A stretch of DNA of 49,189 nt from a virus (Duplodnaviria; Heunggongvirae; Uroviricota; Caudoviricetes): the IMG/VR virus record IMGVR_UViG_3300045988_153230. The stretch is one strand, 5' to 3'. Below, piece after piece: positions 37,272-46,450 of the stretch; the stretch's first letter is position 1; every line of letters begins with the position of its first letter. The translations under genes and the position numbers were made by a program. The notes beneath the pieces were generated by a model. It was not told the origin of the DNA and searched no databases. It worked only from the letters and a program-made list of their open reading frames with translations.

Positions 37272-38339
37272 TCAGGCTTTCAATAGCGATTCTTTCAGAT
37301 ATCGGGCATCAGCCAGGGCGTTTGGAGTAATCTTGCGAACCCATGCATTACGGGTTGGACTCCACTTAAAGGCGCGTGATTTAAGCAGCGAACGAATGTT
37401 TGCCTCTGGTTTGCCAGGGAAATAAAACAGGATGCGGTTATCCTCTGGATCTATCTCCATAGAAAAGCCGTCGTATTCTTCGCGCTGTGCTCCTGTTACA
37501 GACTTGACCGATTCAAGCTCCTTAATACGGCTCTGTAGTCGTTTGATTTCGGCGTTATTGTTGCTCAGTGCGTATGAAGGGAATCCGATGCGCCCACAGA
37601 AATCTCCGGCCAGTAACTCTTTGGCTTCGCTTTCTGTAAACCTGAGATCGATTAATGCAGAAAGCTGCTGTAATTGGTCTTTTTTGTATTTGCGAATGGC
37701 CTTATTTGCGGCCTTCATTTTGACGTGTGACTTCATGCAGCCTTGCAGCTTACGAAGCAACTTAAATAGCGCATCAGGATCATCAGACGAAATTCCATTA
37801 CGACCAACACCTGCGGCTTTGCTCTCGTAGTGTGATGCTTTACTTTCGCATTCAACAAACGCTTTTCTGAATAACGCATCAGCTTTAGACAAACGGCGGC
37901 GATGGCCTTTCGCGCTATAATGGTCAACTAAAATCGGCTGGCCTAACGGGATCACATCCAACAGGTCATGCGCTCGCTTATGCGCTACCGCTCCTTCTTT
38001 TCTGGCTTTTTCTGCACGAGCAATATATCGGGCAAGACGCGCGTTCTGGCGTTCCTGATAGGTATTTACGTAATCATCTCCGCGCTGCTGCTGTTCAAGC
38101 CATGCTTTGCGCAGCTCTTCTGTTACGTCCACCAGCTCCGCAGGGATACAACCTGTTTGGGCTTCATAAGAGTAACCATCCTCATAGATGCGCCCATCGT
38201 CTTCAACAAAGAAAAAGGTTTCGTGCTCATCGCTTTTGACCATACGACCATTAACATGGCGTAATAGGTAGCCAGTATCAGTGCTTAACAGGCTGTTAGG
38301 GTTGTTGATCCAGTCAGAAATAATTACTTGTTTATTCAT
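37272..38339 (-). CDS. DUF3560-like phage protein
   Basis: 355 aa with C-terminal ...RAFKWSPTRNAWVRK...; first gene after cassette copy 2. Confidence 0.5.
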   Translation of the reverse strand: MNKQVIISDWINNPNSLLSTDTGYLLRHVNGRMVKSDEHETFFFVEDDGRIYEDGYSYEAQTGCIPAELVDVTEELRKAWLEQQQRGDDYVNTYQERQNARLARYIARAEKARKEGAVAHKRAHDLLDVIPLGQPILVDHYSAKGHRRRLSKADALFRKAFVECESKASHYESKAAGVGRNGISSDDPDALFKLLRKLQGCMKSHVKMKAANKAIRKYKKDQLQQLSALIDLRFTESEAKELLAGDFCGRIGFPSYALSNNNAEIKRLQSRIKELESVKSVTGAQREEYDGFSMEIDPEDNRILFYFPGKPEANIRSLLKSRAFKWSPTRNAWVRKITPNALADARYLKESLLKA

Positions 38340-38452
38340 CAGATTTCTCCGGTTTAACCAGGGCGGGTATCGCTCGGTTTCGGGTATAACCTTAGGAAAT
38401 TTTTTCCCACCTGTAAAGCACTTTTTATATAAATCTATAATTATATATTTAT
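38340..38452 (-). promoter_or_regulatory. Conserved ~115 bp promoter/leader cassette, copy 2, in late-promoter position downstream of Q
   Basis: Near-identical to copies at 31267..31383 and 48439..48555; lies directly 3' of the Q-like gene, where lambdoid phages place P_R'/qut. Confidence 0.6.
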
Positions 38453-38508
38453 ATATTTTCGATGTTCCCGATGTCTACACACCATCAAAACAGCTCAAAA
38501 TGACACTT

Positions 38509-38886
38509 TCACTCTCTTCGCTTTTTCAAATAGTCGACAACATACGCCCTGGCTTTTGCCAGCTTCCGGCGATACTGTCTGAGACTAAGAGAAAGGGCGT
38601 GGGCTTTATCAATATGCGGTGCATTTATGTCGAGGCCCCGAATCTCCCACGCCCCGTATTCAATTCGGACAACCAGCGCCGCAGTCTCATCAACTACCGT
38701 GAGGGCCGTCACCGCTCCCTCGATACTGGTTTCCAGTGAGTCATTTGGTGCGCCGCCCCCTCCGGTAAACTGGCAACGCGTAACCATCATCATTTCTAAC
38801 ATCGACGCGAAACCGCTACGGGCGTTGCAGCCATTGCGCACCCACAGCGCCCATAGCTCAAACAAGCTATCCAGATCGCGTCTCAC
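38509..38886 (-). CDS. Antitermination protein Q-like (Phage_antitermQ-type)
   Basis: 125 aa; ...LFELWALWVRNG...FTGGGGAPNDSLETSIEGAVTALTVVDETAALVVRIEY...LSLRQYRRKLAKARAYV... fits the small Q-family pattern. Confidence 0.6.
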   Translation of the reverse strand: MRRDLDSLFELWALWVRNGCNARSGFASMLEMMMVTRCQFTGGGGAPNDSLETSIEGAVTALTVVDETAALVVRIEYGAWEIRGLDINAPHIDKAHALSLSLRQYRRKLAKARAYVVDYLKKRRE

Positions 38887-38889
38887 TGT

Positions 38890-39222
38890 TCAGATCTCCC
38901 GTATCGTGACGGGATAAAGCGCCTCTACCTGCTTTTTCTTCATGATGTAGACGTCTGTTCGCACACCTTTAGTGTCGACACAATCAATCGTCCCATCGTC
39001 ATAAAACACCATGAAATCAAGTTTATAAACGACACCACCTGGCAGATGAAAAGGCACCTGCATAAGAAACGTCACAACGCGGCCAGCTTTTCTCAGTAGC
39101 TTCAGTTCGCAGTAGTAATCAGCCTCTTTTTTGCTATCAAAAGCGATATCATCGACAACCGTTTTTTTATTGCCGTATTTGCTTTTCCTGGTCGCTGGTT
39201 TGCGAAAGCCGGTATATCTCAT
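38890..39222 (-). CDS. DUF1064-like phage protein
   Basis: 110 aa; ...KSKYGNKKTVVDDIAFDSKKEADYYCELKLL... pattern. Confidence 0.5.
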   Translation of the reverse strand: MRYTGFRKPATRKSKYGNKKTVVDDIAFDSKKEADYYCELKLLRKAGRVVTFLMQVPFHLPGGVVYKLDFMVFYDDGTIDCVDTKGVRTDVYIMKKKQVEALYPVTIREI

Positions 39223-39623
39223 TTGGTATCCCCTGGTACTTCACCAAGACTAAGATCAAACCCAATTTCGTCTTTAACTGACTGCGGCAACAGCTCCCAC
39301 GTCTGCGCACACAAAAATTCATCGGTGCCATAACGCTCAACAAAGCGAGCACAATTACTCAGGGGAGGGTGACGAACGGCAATATGCGGAGGCACGCGCC
39401 CACCACCAGGCACAACACCGCGATGATGTGGTGCGCACAACCCAAAGCTATGGAAGTGGCAATTCTCATCAACGCTGCCGTAATCAGGATCGTGATGTAG
39501 CTCCGTCCACAGCTCTGGATTCTCAATTTCACGGCCATCAATAATGCAAGCTATGCAACCCACGTGAGTGAGCACCGCTTGTATATAAAGTTTCTCTTTC
39601 TTCGTTGGCGTACGTCCGTTCAT
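39219..39623 (-). CDS. Hypothetical protein, Cys/His-rich
   Basis: 134 aa with ...HVGCIACIIDGRE...HHDPDYGS...CHFHSFGLCAPHH...; possible metal-binding/HNH-like fold, unverified. Confidence 0.45.
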   Translation of the reverse strand: MNGRTPTKKEKLYIQAVLTHVGCIACIIDGREIENPELWTELHHDPDYGSVDENCHFHSFGLCAPHHRGVVPGGGRVPPHIAVRHPPLSNCARFVERYGTDEFLCAQTWELLPQSVKDEIGFDLSLGEVPGDTK

Positions 39624-39856
39624 CAGCGCCCCTTACCATTGATAAAGAGGTTGAACTCGTTGATTAACTGGACATACATGCTTCTGGCCGCATAGTTCTT
39701 TGCCAGCTCTTTACGGGATGAGATCCCGCAAAACTCACGCAGAATCACAGAGGCCTCAGAACTGTTTGAAACGTTCTTCCCTGTTTTACTGGTCAGAAAG
39801 CGCCAGAATTGGGGATTCTGGCAATGCATCGCAGCACCGCGAACATAACTACTCAT
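39623..39856 (-). CDS. Hypothetical small protein
   Basis: 77-codon ORF with start/stop overlaps in the early operon. Confidence 0.45.
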   Translation of the reverse strand: MSSYVRGAAMHCQNPQFWRFLTSKTGKNVSNSSEASVILREFCGISSRKELAKNYAARSMYVQLINEFNLFINGKGR

Positions 39857-40368
39857 TGATGGCCCCCGTCATTTCTGGTGCTTTTCACCGTGCGGCTTCT
39901 TAAAAACCTGCCATCACGAACAACAGACACTTCTCGTTTACCCAACCTCATTTCACGGCGGTAACATTCAGAAAATGCCTCGTCCGGCATCATATAAATG
40001 CGACGCTTCGCCTCCGTATCCAGAAGGGAACGGCTTGGGGTTACATATAAAAACGACTCATCAATAGGGACAAAACCACGAGCAAGAATTGCTGGCAGAA
40101 TGCCAGGAAGAACGCAGAAAACAGCTCCACGATGCAGCAACATCTGGTACTCCATGACCTCCGTTATCCCCGTGACGACTGTTACGGTGTCACGTCTGTT
40201 ACGGCTGGCAACCAGTCGCTGCACACGTCCAATTTTCTGATCTACAGATAGATGTTTGCTATCGTTATCAATATGATCGATAACAAATCCTTTAATCGTT
40301 TGATCAAGGTAGTGCACCACCTGCGATTGAATCTGGTGATTATCACCAAAGAAGGCCAGAATCATCAT
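39853..40368 (-). CDS. Hypothetical protein
   Basis: 171-codon ORF, ATGA overlaps on both sides. Confidence 0.45.
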   Translation of the reverse strand: MMILAFFGDNHQIQSQVVHYLDQTIKGFVIDHIDNDSKHLSVDQKIGRVQRLVASRNRRDTVTVVTGITEVMEYQMLLHRGAVFCVLPGILPAILARGFVPIDESFLYVTPSRSLLDTEAKRRIYMMPDEAFSECYRREMRLGKREVSVVRDGRFLRSRTVKSTRNDGGHQ

Positions 40369-40859
40369 TCCTCAAGCCTCCCAAGTGCTGAACGCCGGGC
40401 GTTGCTAATCTCCTTATGAATCAGCTCGATATCGCTGGAATCTTTATTCTTAAGCTCCAGCACGGCAATCGCATCACGAACCTCTGAAACGGTTACGTGT
40501 GAGTGTTTCCAGCGAGCAATGAATCGCGGACCGCGTAGATTGCAACGCTCCGCAGGCATCCCCAGCTCAGAGAAAACCGCTTTCAGCCTTGATAAGCAGT
40601 TAACAGGGAGATTCCCTTTGATCTTGTTCTGCCGAACCGATGTGCCATCGCTACGCTGGCGCTGACGTTCGGCAAAATCTGCCGCCCATTGCTGGACGTT
40701 AATCCGGCCTTCCGAATACGCCACCAGCAGCGTCAGGTTATCCGCACGAGGGAATCTCTCGAAGCGATACCAGGCACCAATCAGTGATGACGTAAAGCCA
40801 AACTTTCTGGCAACACCAATTTGGCCTCCATTTTCGTCAACCCACTCCTGAAAGGTCAT
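40365..40859 (-). CDS. Putative Cro/CII-like regulator with N-terminal HTH
   Basis: 164 aa; GQIGVARKFGFTSSLIGAWYR resembles an HTH; first gene of the operon divergent from the CI-like repressor. Confidence 0.45.
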   Translation of the reverse strand: MTFQEWVDENGGQIGVARKFGFTSSLIGAWYRFERFPRADNLTLLVAYSEGRINVQQWAADFAERQRQRSDGTSVRQNKIKGNLPVNCLSRLKAVFSELGMPAERCNLRGPRFIARWKHSHVTVSEVRDAIAVLELKNKDSSDIELIHKEISNARRSALGRLEE

Positions 40860-40878
40860 TTAACGAACTCCAATTAAA

Positions 40879-40996
40879 ACCACGATATGTGGTATTAAAA
40901 CCACATATCGTGAGTTTTTCAATGGGCGAAACAAAAAATAACCTTCTATTTGTGGTCCACCTCTCGTCTTACCATGTGAAAACCACTAAATGTGGT
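40879..40996. promoter_or_regulatory. Divergent promoter/operator region with three ACCAC-N5-GTGGT-type sites
   Basis: ACCACGATATGTGGT (40879..40893), ACCACATATCGTGAG (40900..40914, forming a 12-bp inverted repeat with the first), ACCACTAAATGTGGT (40982..40996), between the divergent early operon and the repressor gene. Confidence 0.55.
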
Positions 40997-41033
40997 AATG
41001 TATAAATAACCCACCATTCACGATTGATGAGAC

Positions 41034-41690
41034 ATGAAAAGCAACGACGAGAACATCAAGAAAGAAATAGGTCTGCGCATTCAGACTCTACGGAAACAAT
41101 CCGGCATGACTGCCGGAGATCTCCAGCAAGTCACTGGAATAGGCTTAAGCACCTTGCAGAACTATGAGGCCGGATTAAGACAACCATCTATACCTGCCAT
41201 CAAGAAAATTGCGCACGCCCTGAAAGCATCAGCGCCTTATATCGCGTGCTTAACAGATAACCCGTTCCCACCCCAGAATACTAACGCTCCTGTTATTCCT
41301 GGGCTTGTAGCTATAAAAAATGACATAGCATCGCACGCCGGAGAAAAGCCAGTGCTGGCGATAGAACAGGAGATTCTACGAAGCAAGAACATCAACCCAT
41401 CGTCTCTGTCAGTTCTCCAGAGCAACGATGAGTTAATGTCACCAACAATATCCCCAGGCTCCCAAGTCCTGATTGATACAGACGATACAGAGATTCATGA
41501 GGGGATCTATGCCCTTGAAGACAGAAATGGCCTGGTTGTTTTGAGGCACTGTAGAGTCATACCGGGTGACAATGCTGTTATGCTGTCAACCGAAAGGGAT
41601 GCTGAAATGAACACTAAGCATCTGAATAACGAGGAATTTAAGCGTTATAAAGTTCTTGGCCGCGTAGTTAGTGTTGTCAACTGGTTATGA
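41034..41690 (+). CDS. CI-like repressor, HTH plus S24 (LexA-like) peptidase domain
   Basis: 218 aa; N-terminal HTH (...IGLRIQTLRKQSGMTAGDLQQVTGIGLSTLQNYEAG...), C-terminal S24-like (...MSPTISPGSQVLID...FKRYKVLGRVV...). Followed by a hairpin (GCACGGCGAAAGCCGTGC). Confidence 0.8.
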   Translation: MKSNDENIKKEIGLRIQTLRKQSGMTAGDLQQVTGIGLSTLQNYEAGLRQPSIPAIKKIAHALKASAPYIACLTDNPFPPQNTNAPVIPGLVAIKNDIASHAGEKPVLAIEQEILRSKNINPSSLSVLQSNDELMSPTISPGSQVLIDTDDTEIHEGIYALEDRNGLVVLRHCRVIPGDNAVMLSTERDAEMNTKHLNNEEFKRYKVLGRVVSVVNWL

Positions 41691-41732
41691 TACACAGCAC
41701 GGCGAAAGCCGTGCATTTCTACGCTCAAAAAA

Positions 41733-41747
41733 ACCACGCTTTGTGGT
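41733..41747. promoter_or_regulatory. Operator-like palindrome ACCACGCTTTGTGGT
   Basis: Same ACCAC-N5-GTGGT architecture, upstream of ORF 41783..42157 and the par genes. Confidence 0.45.
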
Positions 41748-41782
41748 TTTGACAACATGTGAAAGTATAAAAGAGGCTACGC

Positions 41783-42157
41783 ATGGAATTACATACAGCC
41801 AATAAAAACGAAACTCTGATCACTGCTGGAATCGAAATCCAAGCGTTGAACATAGCGATTGAGTGTATGTTATGCCAAATCATTGATAATGAGAAAGATA
41901 TCGACTGGATAGAATCTATCCTTCATCTGGCATCAGAACAAAAAGTCTGCCTCAAAACGGCCTTACAATACGATGTGCCAGCGGTATCGAAGCTGTGCCA
42001 GCCATTGATGGCATATAACAGGGCTATTATTTCTGTATGCCTCATGATTCTTGATGAAAACACCCCTCTTAGCGACCGCTCAGAAGCTGCTCTAACCCTC
42101 TCACGTAAACAGCGACAGCTAGCAAATCAACTGATATCAACGATAGCTGACCTCTGA
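41783..42157 (+). CDS. Hypothetical protein
   Basis: 124 aa, followed by hairpin AGCGGGCTAACGCCCGCT (42162..42181). Confidence 0.5.
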   Translation: MELHTANKNETLITAGIEIQALNIAIECMLCQIIDNEKDIDWIESILHLASEQKVCLKTALQYDVPAVSKLCQPLMAYNRAIISVCLMILDENTPLSDRSEAALTLSRKQRQLANQLISTIADL

Positions 42158-42195
42158 CTGCAAGCGGGCTAACGCCCGCTTATATGATTATAGAT

Positions 42196-42284
42196 TTATA
42201 TAATTATATAAAACGCTTTTCATCCGCCAAAAAGTTGGTTATGCTTACCTCGTTCTATAAATATAGATTTATAGAATTATATAA
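42196..42284. repeat. AT-rich palindromic repeats upstream of parA (candidate centromere/operator)
   Basis: Perfect 16-bp palindrome TTATATAATTATATAA (42196..42211) and variant TTATAGAATTATATAA (42269..42284), plus ATAGATTTATA direct repeats; a further copy sits between parA and the RHH gene (42962..42974). Confidence 0.5.
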
Positions 42285-42307
42285 CCAAACACATGGAGTC
42301 TCGACAA

Positions 42308-42961
42308 ATGACTATCTCTGTAGGTATTTTCAACGGAAAAGGCGGCGTAACCAAATCAACAATTGCCCGTGCTTTAGCAGTTGCTTATGCAAAGGCTGGC
42401 TGGAATGTATGCCTGATCGATATGGATGTGCTTAACGGAACGGTAACGCGTTGGGTACAACGCAGAATGGCCAACAATATCGAACCAGCAATCGCGGCGC
42501 AGCCGTGCGGCACACCATCACAAGTCCAGAAAATCATCGAATCAGAAATATACGACCTGGTTATCGTCGATGGCGGTGCCTACGCATCTGAATCAGTACC
42601 GAAGCTCTCTGAATTTCTGGATATGGTTATTTTGCCAACCAGATTCTCTACCGATGACCTGGAAACCACCGTTAACACAGCTCACGGCATCGTTAAAAAG
42701 GGTGTACCAATCAAGAAAATTTGCATGGTGTTTTCCGGCGCGGCTGAAAACGAAGCTGACTATATTGAAGCCCAAGAGTACCTGGCTAATACGCCATACT
42801 TTGTTGTCGATAAGTACATTCCCCACAAGCCAGCTCTGAGCAAAGCTCAGGATAAGGGCTTAAGCCTCATTGAGTGCTCATACGTTGCGCCACGCAAAAA
42901 GGCAGACGACGTTATTCAGGGGATTATCAACCAGCTTGAGGCTCTGACTACTGCCGCGTAA
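42308..42961 (+). CDS. parA: ParA-family partition ATPase (type Ib, ParF-like)
   Basis: ~217 aa from ATG at 42308 (GGAG RBS): MTISVGIFNGKGGVTKSTIA... deviant Walker A near the N-terminus. Confidence 0.8.
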   Translation: MTISVGIFNGKGGVTKSTIARALAVAYAKAGWNVCLIDMDVLNGTVTRWVQRRMANNIEPAIAAQPCGTPSQVQKIIESEIYDLVIVDGGAYASESVPKLSEFLDMVILPTRFSTDDLETTVNTAHGIVKKGVPIKKICMVFSGAAENEADYIEAQEYLANTPYFVVDKYIPHKPALSKAQDKGLSLIECSYVAPRKKADDVIQGIINQLEALTTAA

Positions 42962-43004
42962 TATATAATTATAGTTTTATAGATTTATATAAGAGGGGAT
43001 ACAC

Positions 43005-43253
43005 ATGGCCGCACCATCAAAACCACCAAAGAAGAACAGCAAAGGCGTACCGCCATCGATCGAACAACCGCAGGTTTTCGACCCGACTGAAACGCCAACC
43101 AGAACCAAATCAGGTGGGGCACAAATGGCGTTTAACGTCGACCCTGAATTTAAACGCGAGTACAAAACGTTCGCCAGCTCAATGGATATGTCATTGAAAG
43201 AAGTGCTGACAAAATCTTTTGAGTTACTCAAGGCTCAATACAACCAGAAGTAA
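43005..43253 (+). CDS. Ribbon-helix-helix centromere-binding protein (ParG-like)
   Basis: 82 aa; Pro/Lys-rich flexible N-terminal tail and C-terminal ...MAFNVDPEFKREYKTFASSMDMSLKEVLTKSFELLKAQ... with RHH-like beta-alpha-alpha pattern; directly downstream of parA. Confidence 0.65.
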   Translation: MAAPSKPPKKNSKGVPPSIEQPQVFDPTETPTRTKSGGAQMAFNVDPEFKREYKTFASSMDMSLKEVLTKSFELLKAQYNQK

Positions 43254-43503
43254 GAGAAGGTGACGGCCTCCAGCGCCAACTGTTGGCCGTCGCGACACAA
43301 CAAGGGGAATTTGTTATGTCCGAGCAACAATATACACGGTTACTAAAAACTCGTCTAATAGACCTCAAACGGCTGCAAGCTGGTCGCTTATTTGCCCTGC
43401 TATCCACCAGGCCAGAATGGGTACGTGAAGCAGTTCTGAAAGGCTTAATGCGCTCAAGCGTTTAAATTCAACCATAAAAAAGGCCCCCGAAGGGGCCTAA
43501 TCG

Positions 43504-43626
43504 CTACTTGCTGCTAATGTTTATCGTCACATTCAGAGCGTTATCAGTAATCTTCCAACCCTCCCCATGTGGCGTAAACAAAGCTCCAGTAACAACGATA
43601 AAAATACACATGTAGTATTTTTTCAT
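43504..43626 (-). CDS. Small hydrophobic protein (40 aa), candidate type I toxin-like peptide
   Basis: ATG at 43626: MKKYYMCIFIVVTGALFTPHGEGWKITDNALNVTINISSK; a bidirectional hairpin (GGCCCCTTCGGGGGCC, ~43478..43500) follows on the minus strand. Confidence 0.4.
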   Translation of the reverse strand: MKKYYMCIFIVVTGALFTPHGEGWKITDNALNVTINISSK

Positions 43627-43940
43627 TGTGTGGCCCTTACAGGCCGTTTCACGGCATCCCCACCGACGAAAATGACGCGAGAGCAAGCACGCTGTTTGTG
43701 CCTGCGTGGTACGGCAAGTGGATAATCCTTTCCTGAAAGTCAGTGCCCGGGTGCGAATCGGCGGAAAGGCCCCAAGCCATATTACACGTCATACCCTTCA
43801 TAATGAAGGAATAAAAAACGCTTTTATTACATAAGATTACACGTAAATAAGTTAAAAACCTTCATTTTGCATGAGCTAATGAGCTAAATTTTTTTATATG
43901 AATAGTGGACTATTCACCTCAGTTGGGTAAGAATGTAGTT

Positions 43941-44044
43941 GCTGTTTGTGCTTGCGTGGTTGTATTAGTACAACGACGTTATGCTGAAAGGACCGCGAAT
44001 CCGATCAGCACGAAAGAACCGTCCTCAAAAGGACGGTTTTTTTG
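43941..44044 (+). ncRNA. Candidate small RNA with intrinsic terminator
   Basis: Begins with GCTGTTTGTGCTTGCGTGGT, a 19/20 copy of 43691..43710 (the putative 5' leader region of the small ORF on the other strand), and ends in hairpin CCGTCCTCAAAAGGACGG plus T7 (44019..44044). Confidence 0.35.
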
Positions 44045-44597
44045 TTTCTCCCCCTTCCTTCCCAAATGATTCAAATGTTAATGAGAGTGAATCATTTGAT
44101 ATGTTCGATTTAGCGCCGTTATCGACCCAATTTCTGTATGCTTCATCACAACAGTACCTTACAGCAGTTGGAGTAACAGGGATGCCGCCCCCAAATGAGA
44201 ATCCCATTGAGCTAATGCTAACTCTTTCGAATGGCCTATTTCTCAATGCTTCAAACCCCTTGCTATTAAAGTAACGCAGCATCAGAGGTAAAAGGTTATC
44301 CTCGTCCTGACTGATTGTTCCAGGGAAAAAGTAGTAACCATAACGGTTAAATTCGGGAATAAGATTTTCTACCAATGACATGAAATTCACTGGAGTAATA
44401 TTAAGGGCTGTGAAAGCACCAAAAAGGGCGTCAACTGTTAATACAGACTGCCCGTTCTCTATCTTTGTCCATGCGTTTGGTGTTTTTCCAGCAGCTTGAG
44501 CCAGCACTCCTTGATGCACACCTCTTTCTAGCCTAAGTTCTTTTATGATCATTAGGTGAATTGTTGAAAAACATGAGTTTTTTGACTGTTCAATCAT
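44025..44597 (-). CDS. HTH-domain protein with uncharacterised C-terminal domain
   Basis: 190 aa; N-terminal XRE-like HTH (...IKELRLERGVHQGVLAQAAGKTPNAWTKIENGQSVLTVDALFGAF...); C-terminal ~110 aa unrecognised. Confidence 0.55.
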   Translation of the reverse strand: MIEQSKNSCFSTIHLMIIKELRLERGVHQGVLAQAAGKTPNAWTKIENGQSVLTVDALFGAFTALNITPVNFMSLVENLIPEFNRYGYYFFPGTISQDEDNLLPLMLRYFNSKGFEALRNRPFERVSISSMGFSFGGGIPVTPTAVRYCCDEAYRNWVDNGAKSNISNDSLSLTFESFGKEGGETKKPSF

Positions 44598-45046
44598 TTT
44601 TTATCCCCATACTGAATTTTTTCTTGTTCCCGACTTTAACAAAATTCCACAACTCAGGACTGATTGATTCCCTACAGGAACTATACATTCCCATTTTTAG
44701 CATATCAAGAAAATTAAAAGCCCCGCATTCAAACCCACACTATGTGGTTTAGTCTGTTAAAATCCCTCTGTATTGACATAAATGCGCCATTGGTGGACAC
44801 TTTCCGAGCCGTAGCAAAATCTACGGTCGGGATTGGAACCCCGATAATCATCATGGCGCATACCGCGTTAGCGGTTTTTTTATGCGTAAAGCACTGCTAC
44901 ACCCAAATTATGGTGGGGCGTGCGGGGGAGTCGTAAGACTCGCCGGATTCCATGGTGACCGGTAGTTCCAACCCTGTACGTCTCACCACCCAATGATTGG
45001 AACCAGACGGTGGTGAGTATCCTTAACCTTTAAGGGAACTATCACC

Positions 45047-45238
45047 ATGACAAACTTACCCCATGACTATTACGTCAACCTCGTAAAGATCCTTCTCAAG
45101 AAAGCCTCATACGCCGATAAATTCCGCCTGGCTGAAATCATCGAGCGCGAAGCTATGCGCATCGCCAGCAACGATAACGCTGTTTCTGACGCAAAAATCT
45201 CCCTCGTAACCAAAGTAGTTATGGGAGGTGCAAAATGA
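45047..45238 (+). CDS. Hypothetical small protein upstream of antirepressor
   Basis: 63 aa, ATGA overlap with the downstream gene. Confidence 0.45.
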   Translation: MTNLPHDYYVNLVKILLKKASYADKFRLAEIIEREAMRIASNDNAVSDAKISLVTKVVMGGAK

Positions 45239-46416
45239 AAACGCTTCCGACCGTTAACACCCTACAGCCTATCCTGCATAACCAAATCCCCGTTATCACT
45301 ACTGAACTACTGGCAAAGCTATACGGCACAGACGTTGATAACATCAAAAAAAATTACTCACGTAACGCAAACCGCTTTATTGAAGGAAAGCATTTTTTCA
45401 AAGTGGCTGGCGATGAGTTAAAAACTTTGCGAGTGACTTTAAGTCACTCACAAAATTTGCGACTGGTTTTAAACGAGTCACAAAATGAGGTGCAAATTTC
45501 CCCCAAAACTCGCTCTCTCATCCTCTGGACAGAACGCGGGGCTGCACGTCACGCCAAAATGCTTGAAACTAACCAAGCGTGGGATGTGTTCGAACGGCTG
45601 GAAGACTGCTACTTCAACCAGAACGCGCAAACGGCCGCGACCGTTACCGTCTCGCCAAACAATGCTCGTGAGGTTGTCGATACGCTCAACGCCAAACCGA
45701 TGTTTTACATTAAAGTGTGCAACAACGAGCCACTCACAACCTCAGCCGATGTTGCCCAGGCATTCAGCACCACAAACAATTCCATCGTTATGGCCATCGA
45801 TGCGCTACGCATTCCTCGCACGGCTGCGGCGCGTCACTTCTTTAAAGAGCAACGACCGCTGGAAGGAAGCGACCGCGAAATAACAATCTATCGCATGACA
45901 AAAGACGGATTTACCTTACTCATGGAGAGCATCGACGGTCCAAGCGTGAAAGATATCAAGCTGGCCTACATTGAAGCCTTTAACGCTATCAGCAGCGTGT
46001 TAAAAACACAGTACGAGCGTGATCTGGCTAAACGACTGTACCAGGAAAAAACGATTATCCGCGCGGCAACAGAGCATAATCGGCTATTAACGGAACCGAA
46101 CTACAGGAAGGAACTAATCAAGGAGTTTGACAAGGCAACAGGGAAAACCAAAGCGGCGCTAAATCTGCCAGCAATGACTCAGGAAAATGTGATATCAGCC
46201 TTACTTCTTGATCTGCTCAGAAACGCCAGAGCACTGATCAGCTTTGACGAAAACCTGAATCCTCAGCTCAAGCTACTACCACCGACAGGCAAAGTAGTCG
46301 ACCAGGCAGATCACAACAGCATACTCAGCGTACTGGATGCAAACCTACCAGCCAGGACACTACAGGAACTGATAAAGATATCGGCGGATAAACTGGCCGC
46401 AGGTGCAAAACCATAA
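45235..46416 (+). CDS. Antirepressor-like protein (ORF6N and Rha-like domains)
   Basis: 393 aa; N-terminal ...PVITTELLAKLYGTDVDNIKKNYSRNANRFIEGKHFFKVAGDELKTL... (ORF6N-like) and central ...NAKPMFYIKVCNNEPLTTSADVAQAFSTTNNSIVMAIDAL... (Rha/antirepressor-like). Confidence 0.65.
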   Translation: MKTLPTVNTLQPILHNQIPVITTELLAKLYGTDVDNIKKNYSRNANRFIEGKHFFKVAGDELKTLRVTLSHSQNLRLVLNESQNEVQISPKTRSLILWTERGAARHAKMLETNQAWDVFERLEDCYFNQNAQTAATVTVSPNNAREVVDTLNAKPMFYIKVCNNEPLTTSADVAQAFSTTNNSIVMAIDALRIPRTAAARHFFKEQRPLEGSDREITIYRMTKDGFTLLMESIDGPSVKDIKLAYIEAFNAISSVLKTQYERDLAKRLYQEKTIIRAATEHNRLLTEPNYRKELIKEFDKATGKTKAALNLPAMTQENVISALLLDLLRNARALISFDENLNPQLKLLPPTGKVVDQADHNSILSVLDANLPARTLQELIKISADKLAAGAKP

Positions 46417-46450
46417 AACAAAGCGCCCGATTTGGGCGCTTCTTCAATTC

